A stretch of 50,168 nt of DNA, taken from assembly GCA_964583985.1 (NCBI GenBank), contig CAZOYD010000022.1, positions 1 through 50,168 of the forward strand, read 5' to 3'. Below are positions 1 through 7,301 of the stretch, one piece after another (within the stretch, counting starts at the first letter, position 1; the number at the start of each line of letters is the position of its first letter). The position numbers and the translations under genes were made by a program. Under the pieces are notes generated by a model. That model saw nothing but the letters and a program-made list of their open reading frames with translations, ran no database searches and was not told the origin of the DNA. Source of the DNA: an uncultured archaeon (GTDB lineage Archaea; Asgardarchaeota; Lokiarchaeia; Sigyniarchaeales; SOKP01).

Positions 1-144
1 AACTCTGCATTGAAAAATATGAAGATTTTCCAGAAATGGGACGATTTGCCGTGCGCGACATGGGTAGTAGCATACTGAATATCTCAGTAGCAGCCTAAAA
101 CTGTCTGCGTCGGCATCGTAAAAGACTTAGAAACCGGAGCGTAA
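1..144 (+). CDS. tuf: Translation elongation factor EF-1alpha (aEF-1A), 3' end only (5'-partial); interrupted by a putative 31-nt intron (exons <1..67 and 99..144)
   Basis: The frame starting at nt 3 reads LCIEKYEDFPEMGRFAVRDMG, then SSILNISVAA* (TAA 96-98). A second frame from 97 reads KTVCVGIVKDLETGA* (TAA 142-144). Joined, they match the EF-1alpha domain III end (xxExFxxFPxLGRFAVRDMGxTVAVGxV). Confidence 0.88.
68..98 (+). other. Putative BHB/BHL-type (tRNA-endonuclease-spliced) intron in mRNA, 31 nt: TAGCATACTGAATATCTCAGTAGCAGCCTAA
   Basis: Central 4-bp helix GGGU(62-65)/GCCU(93-96); bulges AGU(66-68) and AAA(97-99); internal hairpin UACUGA(73-78)/UCAGUA(84-89); long exon-exon helix 41-61/100-119. 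Cutting after the 2nd nt of each bulge restores the frame (ATG GGT AG^A ACT GTC). Confidence 0.78.
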
Positions 145-150
145 TGCGTT

Positions 151-200
151 AAATAAATAAATAAATAAATTAATTTTTTTGTAATACTTTTTTCTTTTCT
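151..200 (+). terminator. (AAAT)5 tract followed by oligo-T runs; likely archaeal intrinsic terminator of the EF-1alpha gene
   Basis: AAAT x5 at 151-170, then T-rich runs just after the spliced-frame stop at 142-144. Confidence 0.4.
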
Positions 201-498
201 TATTATTAGCTATTAGAGCATTTCTCGCCTGTAATTAAAAAAAAATTAATCTAATAATTTTCTCGACTTAAGACATCATCAACGGTTAAATCATTCTTGT
301 TGTTTTTTGTGGACCTTCTCCAAGGCTTTTCCCACTCTTTCGTTCGGCTTTTACTTTTAATGACTTTTATTAAGAAATACATCATCGATAATGCAGGAAC
401 GATTTTAATAAATAAGCGATTTAAATCATAAATTACCTTTTTTTCTTTAAATAGTTCTGAAAAATAAAGGGTAATAGCATTCATTTAGGTAAATTCAG

Positions 499-3400
499 AT
501 GACTGAACCAAAACCAGAACCAAAAAACCAAAATGCAATTTCGCTCTATTGTCCAGACTGCAATACCAAGATCCCACCGGAAATAATAGAAAACAACAAT
601 GATCCAAGCACCGTCTATTGCCCACATTGCGGTGTTATCATACCAATCGAGCCACAAATCGAGATCCCTGAAATAACTCAAGAAAAAAGTGAAGAAAGCC
701 CTCAAATACAAGTACAACAACCATCACCGAGAAGAACAGCCAAGTGGCATCTCAAACTCCTTGTTTATTTTGCCATCCATGACTTGCTTTACAGCAAGGT
801 AAGTCCCCTCCTTAAAATCAAAAAGCAGAAACAATTGCGTTCAATCACCCTCAAGCGATACGCAAAACAACTCCGATCAAAATTGTTATACAGTCCTATC
901 TCACGCGATTTTCTAACAAGATTAAACCCAAGGGAGCAAAGGAAGCTCAAACGAGTATTTCAACAGTTCAAGGAAACCATTAAGGATAAAAAGCAGTTTA
1001 GGAAGTATCAGATCCAATCCTTCATGGAAGGAATTCAATTTATTTTCGACGTGATGAGTGGTGATTACGAGTGCGTTACTTTTTCCTCCACGGAAAAGGA
1101 AATTATCATGGAACTCAAGGATAAGGTCAACCCATTCAAAGACATGAGGAGTAAAAGATCCCTTGGACGGGCGATCACCGTCATTTTTGCGCGTATCATT
1201 CACCAGCGCCTTTTTGCACTTTCTCGAACGAATGAACCGCTCACGCCTGATTTAATGAAAGAATTCGTAGATCGGTTTATTGACCAACTTAGTGCTCAAG
1301 ACTGTATCGAATGGATCGAATCGCAGGTCAACATCAAGCTGGACCACAGGGAAAAACAAGCCCTAAAGACGATCCAGGTGCGATTGAACAACGATTGGAT
1401 CCAAGGTGAATATTTTTCGGATCTCCTCATTTCAACTATAGACGCGGTGCACGCACTCATGGATAACATGACGGGCGAAGTTCCTACGAATGAGTTTAGT
1501 AGGATCCTCTTGCAAGGATTTGAAAAAAGTGAATTATTTCGACTTGACAAGGCTTTCTCGAATAGAGAAAAGCTGAACATCACCATCGTGCTCGCTCGAA
1601 TGATTTACGCTCAAATCTTCGTGGCATTTCCTCCTCCAAGGCAAATTAATCCGAATCAAAAATTACCCCCAGCACTACATCGAGACATCGGTGACACGAT
1701 TCTCGAAGGGTTAGTAGATCACCTTGAAATCAACTCCGAATTTTTGTTGCGGTTTTATAACTTCGCGCTAGATAAATTTCATGCTGCAATCGAAAAATTA
1801 CTCGAAAAACTGGAAGGCGACATGATCTACCGCGCGAGCTTTAAAATATTCCTTACGAACCTCATCGAGACCGTGTTCAAGGTAACCCGCCAGGAACCGA
1901 AAGAATCGAAACTTTCCCCTTTGGAACTAAGAATACGGGAAGACCTCGAATTATATCCCTATGATTGGAGGAAAAAAAATTTCAAACTCTTTGAAGATGA
2001 AAAGGAAACAGACTCCATTGAACCATCTGATGATCTTTACCACCCTTCAGACCTAGAAAAAATACCTGTAGAATTTGGACTAAGAAATTTCCAGACTTTT
2101 CAAACCAAATCATCTCTACTTGAACTTATTAAGACATGCATTGAACAAATAATTATAAATAGAGGAGAATTAGCAAGATTTCATAGAGAAGACCTCAAGA
2201 ATAAATTTGAGCAATCTAATTTTGAAAAAGGTTTTAAATTCAGAAAGAGCGGCTTATTTTCAGAGAATTCAAAGTCAGATATAAATTCCATATATAAATT
2301 CATATCTCCTCATAATATCGGTGTATTTTTGGGTGCAAGATCTGATACTATTAGAAAATGGGTCTCAGCGATTGAGAATGAAGAAATTTATTTTCACACG
2401 TTAACAGAAGCAGAAAAAGCTTTTAGAAAGTTAAGACCAAGAATATTAGGTTTATTTGGAGGTAAGGGTAAGAATATCGAAAAAGGGAGGGTATTAATTG
2501 AAAACGCAATTAAAAAAGTTCTTGTTGATTATTTCGGAGAATTAGACTATATAAAAAAAATCATAACACTCCTTGAGGATTGTACGATCTGGGAAAGAAA
2601 ATCAGACTCCAAAGAACACCCCAATAGTATGAAATCTATATCTCTTGCATTAGGACAGAATAGAAGTTATATAAGTTATAAAACTCGAACAAGTGAAACC
2701 GATAAAGAATTTAATGAGTTTGTAAGCATATTCAATTTCACTACAAATATTCTACGAATAAAAAAGAAAGATTTCGATTTTAAAAGTGAAGCTAAGTATT
2801 ATGAATTCCGAACCAAAGCTTTGGAAATATATTTTGAAGAATTAGTCGAACAAGGTATTTTTATTGAAGAATTGAAACTACAATATGATGCTTTAGTATA
2901 TACTCTTTTTGCTCTAACTCAAGCGAGATTTGAGGAATTAAAAGATACTCCTAATGAACTGCAAAAATATATTACTGACAAAAATCCTCAAGGTTTTTTT
3001 TCTATTAAAGACCTCAGTAAGCACACCTCTCAATTTGATAGAAGGCACGGAATTCAAGAAAATATTAAAAGTGACACTTGGATGTCCCCAGAAAAAGTAT
3101 CAAGTATACAGGCTTTACTAATAGATAAGCAAAAATTTGCTCCTAAAACCATTACTCACGCTCAAGTTTTGATAAAAGAGCTTCCTCGACATCGAGTTAA
3201 GAATCGAGCAAGTTATGTGGGTCGAAACTCACATCCAATATTGGAGAATTGGTTAAGAAAAGCATTATTTGATAAAGGAATAGAGTCACGACATGAGCAA
3301 TATTTTAACCTACCAATTAGCCAACATCGAATTGATTCATTGATTGATGTTACACAAAAGGGATTTTTGGATTTCGTATCGAAAGATCTAAAAACATACA

Positions 3401-3822
3401 TAGAATCTAATAAATTTAATTACCTCTTTATAGATTTCAACATCCCAAGCGTAATTAAAGCTGAGAAAACGGCAAGTAAAGGTATTAAGTTTTACCATTC
3501 AGAAGACCATCCTTTATACATAGTCTTTTATGGTCCATATGGGTCAAAAGCGGTTGATGCTGTACGCAAGAAATTGGAACAATTGGATAACATTCAACAC
3601 AAAGAAGGTATTCGTTTAATCAACATTTTTGAGTTTGTTGATTTATTGGGCTTAGCAAATAAATGTACGGAAGAGTTAATTGGAATTAATGATCTCATAA
3701 AGCGTGCTTTATACGATAGAGCTGAAGGACTCCCCGATCTTAAAAACTTGGAAGAAATGGCAGATGATGCATTATTAGAATTAAAGAATTATGAGAATAA
3801 AATTTTAGGAGAAAATAAATAG
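499..3822 (+). CDS. Large multidomain protein: N-terminal Zn ribbon, three degenerate helical repeats, HTH-like segments, C-terminal PD-(D/E)xK-like nuclease domain
   Basis: CPDC...CPHC. Repeats begin LKLLVYFAIH / ITVIFARIIH / ITIVLARMIY. C-terminal GRNSHPILE...RHEQYF...RIDSLI...LFIDFN resembles a restriction-endonuclease-like fold. The ORF is solid; the nuclease call is tentative. Confidence 0.55.
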   Translation: MTEPKPEPKNQNAISLYCPDCNTKIPPEIIENNNDPSTVYCPHCGVIIPIEPQIEIPEITQEKSEESPQIQVQQPSPRRTAKWHLKLLVYFAIHDLLYSKVSPLLKIKKQKQLRSITLKRYAKQLRSKLLYSPISRDFLTRLNPREQRKLKRVFQQFKETIKDKKQFRKYQIQSFMEGIQFIFDVMSGDYECVTFSSTEKEIIMELKDKVNPFKDMRSKRSLGRAITVIFARIIHQRLFALSRTNEPLTPDLMKEFVDRFIDQLSAQDCIEWIESQVNIKLDHREKQALKTIQVRLNNDWIQGEYFSDLLISTIDAVHALMDNMTGEVPTNEFSRILLQGFEKSELFRLDKAFSNREKLNITIVLARMIYAQIFVAFPPPRQINPNQKLPPALHRDIGDTILEGLVDHLEINSEFLLRFYNFALDKFHAAIEKLLEKLEGDMIYRASFKIFLTNLIETVFKVTRQEPKESKLSPLELRIREDLELYPYDWRKKNFKLFEDEKETDSIEPSDDLYHPSDLEKIPVEFGLRNFQTFQTKSSLLELIKTCIEQIIINRGELARFHREDLKNKFEQSNFEKGFKFRKSGLFSENSKSDINSIYKFISPHNIGVFLGARSDTIRKWVSAIENEEIYFHTLTEAEKAFRKLRPRILGLFGGKGKNIEKGRVLIENAIKKVLVDYFGELDYIKKIITLLEDCTIWERKSDSKEHPNSMKSISLALGQNRSYISYKTRTSETDKEFNEFVSIFNFTTNILRIKKKDFDFKSEAKYYEFRTKALEIYFEELVEQGIFIEELKLQYDALVYTLFALTQARFEELKDTPNELQKYITDKNPQGFFSIKDLSKHTSQFDRRHGIQENIKSDTWMSPEKVSSIQALLIDKQKFAPKTITHAQVLIKELPRHRVKNRASYVGRNSHPILENWLRKALFDKGIESRHEQYFNLPISQHRIDSLIDVTQKGFLDFVSKDLKTYIESNKFNYLFIDFNIPSVIKAEKTASKGIKFYHSEDHPLYIVFYGPYGSKAVDAVRKKLEQLDNIQHKEGIRLINIFEFVDLLGLANKCTEELIGINDLIKRALYDRAEGLPDLKNLEEMADDALLELKNYENKILGENK

Positions 3823-4104
3823 TTTGAGATTGATGTTGTACTCTTGAATAGAGATATAGAAAAAGTTCCTCAACTTTCTTGTTACTTTTTTTCTATTATT
3901 TATTTTAAGTACAATAACTTTAAGATTTTTATTTGAAGCTGAAGAAACTTAAAATTCATTATTTTTATAATTTCAAATTATTTTGCTCAATCTTCTTTAG
4001 ATGAGATACTACTGATTAAGGAATCGTAACATCCTCGTGGCATGTCCATATTATTTCAATTTTAGTAGGGTGACCTTCCTTTTTTATTTAACGCCATTTT
4101 TACC

Positions 4105-4599
4105 TTGGAAGGGTTGGTCAAAGTTCTCACAACAAAGTCGAAGATTTGTTTGATTGGTGAAGGAGGTGTAGGAAAGACATCTCTACTATCTCTCCTTCAA
4201 GGAAGGGATGTCATGGAAAAACGGGTTCCTACGGTAGGTTTAGAGGTTGAAGATTCCACTTTAAATGGGGTGAACTGCTCGATTTGGGATTTAGCGGGAC
4301 AGCAACGATTCAAATTCATGTGGCAAGATTTTTTGCGGGGCGCGGGATTAGCGGTTTTAGTGTGTGATTCTACCGATAAAAATTTGGAAAAGACGAAAGA
4401 AATTTATGACAGGTTTGTTAGAAATATTGGCACAAAGATCATTGCTATTGCGAACAAGCAAGATCTCCCCGGCGCTCTCACTGCCAAAGAAGTTCAGAGA
4501 AAATTGGGGGGTCTGAAAACGTACGGAATGTCAGCCATTCGTCCTGAATTAAGACAAAGAATGAAAGAGATTTTAGAATACGAGACTGCAATAAATTAA
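4105..4599 (+). CDS. Small Ras-superfamily GTPase (Arf/Rab-like, Asgard type); start may be TTG 4105 or TTG 4114
   Basis: G1 GEGGVGKT, G2 PTVG, G3 WDLAGQ, G4 NKQD, G5 SA. Confidence 0.9.
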   Translation: MEGLVKVLTTKSKICLIGEGGVGKTSLLSLLQGRDVMEKRVPTVGLEVEDSTLNGVNCSIWDLAGQQRFKFMWQDFLRGAGLAVLVCDSTDKNLEKTKEIYDRFVRNIGTKIIAIANKQDLPGALTAKEVQRKLGGLKTYGMSAIRPELRQRMKEILEYETAIN

Positions 4600-4658
4600 A
4601 ACCTACGACCACTTCACCAATTTGTACAACTCAATTTAATATTATATTAAATATGCAT

Positions 4659-5111
4659 TTAATGAGTAGGTAGGAATTCCTTCATCGTATTTAAAAGAAC
4701 TGTAAATGCATTCCTCGCGGTTTCAATTTCAAGATTTCTAATGGAAATATCTCCAGATAAAGCTTTCCACAATATGTCTATCATCTCATTTAGAGTCATC
4801 TTATTACTCAACCAGACATAGGCGACGATTGCTTCAACAGTATCAGCCATGTCATGGGCATCCCCTCTATTTTTTGAAAACGGTTTTAAATCTGCGTTTT
4901 TTAACGCTTCTGCCAGGATTTTTTTACTCACTTTATTACCCGTTCGAATAGTTCTATTCGTTGGATTATTGCGCGTTAAATAAATGGATTTTGCCATGGA
5001 ATATGAGAGGTTAACGATCCCATCTCCTAACTTTGCCAAGCCTTTATCTGTTCCAATTGTTTTTTGGGATAAATTTTTATGCAGATCATTGAGGAGGAAG
5101 TGGTATGCCAT
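4659..5111 (-). CDS. Archaeal RNase III-like (mini-III) family protein
   Basis: LAKLGDGIVNL and ADTVEAIVAY RNase III signature motifs; no dsRBD. Confidence 0.75.
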   Translation of the reverse strand: MAYHFLLNDLHKNLSQKTIGTDKGLAKLGDGIVNLSYSMAKSIYLTRNNPTNRTIRTGNKVSKKILAEALKNADLKPFSKNRGDAHDMADTVEAIVAYVWLSNKMTLNEMIDILWKALSGDISIRNLEIETARNAFTVLLNTMKEFLPTH

Positions 5112-5152
5112 TAAAATCAGTTATTTCTATATGAATGAAAAATATAAGTAAA

Positions 5153-5560
5153 TCACATTAATTTTTTAAAAAGTTCTTTTACTTCTTGACCTTCGGCTCT
5201 AAGCGACTCAATTGCCTCGAATAAAATATCCATTATTTTATATCCATCCTCCAATCGAATGAAAATTTCTGCGGGTTTTATTGTAGTGATTCTATATGCT
5301 GCCGAAATCACGCCTTTTAATGGAAGTAGTTGTTTTACAAAAGCATTGCAAAAACCATGAGATTGCCCTTCTAATAATAAAACGTGATCGTTTTCGTTTA
5401 GACCCTTTGTGAGTTCAAGATCCAGGTATTTATAATTCTTTTTCTCAATTATTTCTTCTTCGAAGTCTTCATCTTCTTCTGAATACTCTTCATCATCATC
5501 AAATAAATCTACAGCACTTTTATTTTCAAGATTTTCTTCTTTAGGAGGTTTTTTTGCCAT
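5153..5560 (-). CDS. rpoL: DNA-directed RNA polymerase subunit L (Rpo11) with acidic N-terminal extension
   Basis: LEGQSHGFCNAF...GVISAAY matches GEDHTLxNLL...GVxxAAY; lies downstream of csl4, the usual archaeal context. Confidence 0.8.
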   Translation of the reverse strand: MAKKPPKEENLENKSAVDLFDDDEEYSEEDEDFEEEIIEKKNYKYLDLELTKGLNENDHVLLLEGQSHGFCNAFVKQLLPLKGVISAAYRITTIKPAEIFIRLEDGYKIMDILFEAIESLRAEGQEVKELFKKLM

Positions 5561-5653
5561 TTACAATGCACCTAATATTGAGAGATACTAAATCTAATAT
5601 TATTTAAAATAAATGTTTTATGGTTTGTAATCCTCTGAATGGGTTTGAATCCT

Positions 5654-5881
5654 TCAAGAAGAAAGATAACGATTCGCCAATTCTCTTAATCGTTCGGTAG
5701 CAAGATATTGAAGATCACGTGGTCCAAATATCGTGATTTTGACGGACCTTCCCTCAATTGAGCAGTTCAAAGAAAGGTAATTAATTTTTTTTTGAATTTC
5801 TTCGAGAAATTGGATGATATTTTCTATATTATCGCTTGAATTATAGAAATGAATGACTTTTCGCCCACCCTTTCTTGCCAT
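5654..5881 (-). CDS. Small hypothetical protein between csl4 and rpoL
   Basis: 75-aa ORF, co-oriented in the csl4-rpoL cluster, with an alpha/beta pattern. Confidence 0.6.
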   Translation of the reverse strand: MARKGGRKVIHFYNSSDNIENIIQFLEEIQKKINYLSLNCSIEGRSVKITIFGPRDLQYLATERLRELANRYLSS

Positions 5882-5935
5882 ATTTAGTCATCTCAAATTT
5901 TAATATTATTTTGAATGGAATGGAACCAAAAAAAA

Positions 5936-6532
5936 TTAATATCTGAGCTTTTCAGAGACATTCCGATAATCCGAAGCTATTTTTCTAGATTCTATATTAC
6001 CGCATCGGGTACATCTTAGCTTGTTAAATCCTATCTTTTCCAATGGTGTCCCGCAAATAATGCAATCAGCATGAATAACACCTAAGTTATTCTCAGATGT
6101 AGTTAAATTATACTCATTTTGGTCTTTTTCAATGACTTTCGCCCGTACAATATCTGTAATTTGAAAAGCATCCGCTATTTTTTCAACAAACTTGTTCGAA
6201 ATTTGAGAAACATGAATATTTCCAAAATATGAACTATTAAAATGAAGTTTTTGATTTATTGCTTGAAAATCAATACCTACTGAATATTGTCTTAAGAAAA
6301 CTATGGTTCCAATGACTATATCTCCCATCTTGATAACTTTTCTATCCTGATCTTGATGGCTCCTTATCTCAAGTTCTCTTTTATTTTTATCAATTGAGAC
6401 AATTCCAGATTTCGTTGCATAGATGTTTCCATCTTTGGTATAAGTCGAATTTTTATCTGGTAGATACTCTTCTACCACTCCTAAGTACTGACCAGCAAAC
6501 ACAATTTCATTCGTTTTAATTGATTCTTTCAT
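5936..6532 (-). CDS. csl4: Exosome complex RNA-binding protein Csl4 (likely start ATG 6532; ORF open to 6601)
   Basis: VFAGQYLGVVEEYLP N-domain, S1 domain (IHVSQISNKFV...DIVRAKV), NLGVIHADCIICG...CTRCGNIESRKIA Zn ribbon. Confidence 0.92.
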   Translation of the reverse strand: MKESIKTNEIVFAGQYLGVVEEYLPDKNSTYTKDGNIYATKSGIVSIDKNKRELEIRSHQDQDRKVIKMGDIVIGTIVFLRQYSVGIDFQAINQKLHFNSSYFGNIHVSQISNKFVEKIADAFQITDIVRAKVIEKDQNEYNLTTSENNLGVIHADCIICGTPLEKIGFNKLRCTRCGNIESRKIASDYRNVSEKLRY

Positions 6533-6647
6533 GATAATAAGTACTTTTTTTCTATTTATCTCACTATTATTATATTTATAAAAACAAATAAATTTATTCA
6601 TTATGTTTCATGAGATTAAACCAGAGCGAGTAAATTAGGAGATTAGT

Positions 6648-7286
6648 ATTAATAAAAAAGAATTAATTTCGATAATTCAATCGACAGCGCCATTTTTAAA
6701 GCCAAAAGTCGAATTTGAGCAATATAGCATTGATGCAGTGAGTGCGGCTGATATTATCTATTTTGCTGGATTAGAATTTAATGACATTGAAAATAATTTA
6801 ATTATCGATTTAGGTTCAGGAACGGGAAGGTTATCGATTGCTAGTGCCTATCTCAGAGCAAGTCAAGTAATTGGAATTGATTTTGATTGGTCCGCGATCA
6901 AGCTTTTTAAACAGAATATCAATGATCTTGACTTGAATCATCTAATTAGTCCGATATGTACAACCGTCTCCAATTTTGAAATTAGTAGGAATGTTCTACA
7001 TGATTCTCTTAAAATCACCACGATAATGAATCCTCCCTTCGGAGTACAAAAAAAGACGGCTGATAGGGCGTTCTTGTTGAAAGCTTTTAATTTTTCAGAT
7101 ACGATTTACACGATTCACCTCCATAATGATAAAGTATATGAATTCCTCTCAAAATTCATAACTAAAAACGGTTGGAAGATTAATTACACGTTTCCCTTCA
7201 AAATGGAATTAGAGAAAACATTCCCATTTCATAGTCAAAAAAAGAAGGATATAAACGTTAAAATATATCGAATAATTAAAAAATAA
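6648..7286 (+). CDS. METTL5-like N6-adenine RNA methyltransferase; probable non-canonical ATT start at 6648 (or 6642)
   Basis: DLGSGTGRL motif I and MNPPFG motif IV. The conserved N-terminal KKEL...FxxPKVxxEQY lies upstream of the GTG at 6738, in the same open frame. Confidence 0.85.
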   Translation: MNKKELISIIQSTAPFLKPKVEFEQYSIDAVSAADIIYFAGLEFNDIENNLIIDLGSGTGRLSIASAYLRASQVIGIDFDWSAIKLFKQNINDLDLNHLISPICTTVSNFEISRNVLHDSLKITTIMNPPFGVQKKTADRAFLLKAFNFSDTIYTIHLHNDKVYEFLSKFITKNGWKINYTFPFKMELEKTFPFHSQKKKDINVKIYRIIKK

Positions 7287-7301
7287 AAATATAAAATTAA
7301 T

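Noticed and set aside
64-93. Spliceosomal-type GT...AG intron in EF-1alpha (GT at 64 or 67; AG ending at 87, 90 or 93)
   Set aside because: Every such GT-AG pair removes a multiple of 3 nt and still ends at TAA 96-98. Only a 31-nt (3n+1) removal restores the conserved tail.
90-100. Programmed +1 frameshift at GCC TAA A as the way to reach the EF-1alpha tail
   Set aside because: There is no slippery re-pairing (GCC to CCT), it would insert ~10 residues into a conserved beta-hairpin, and it would not explain the BHB geometry.
251-720. Minus-strand ORFs 251..484 and 481..720
   Set aside because: 481..720 is the antisense shadow of the large ORF. 251..484 is AT-rich with no recognisable motif; it cannot be excluded but is unsupported.
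4001-4130. Second BHB intron joining ATG 4001 to the GTPase frame
   Set aside because: The only BHB-like pairing I could build is weak, and its ligation product reads straight into a stop codon.
5620-5655. GGGTTTGAATCC resembling a tRNA T-arm
   Set aside because: It has TTTG instead of TTCG, and no acceptor, D or anticodon stems around it.
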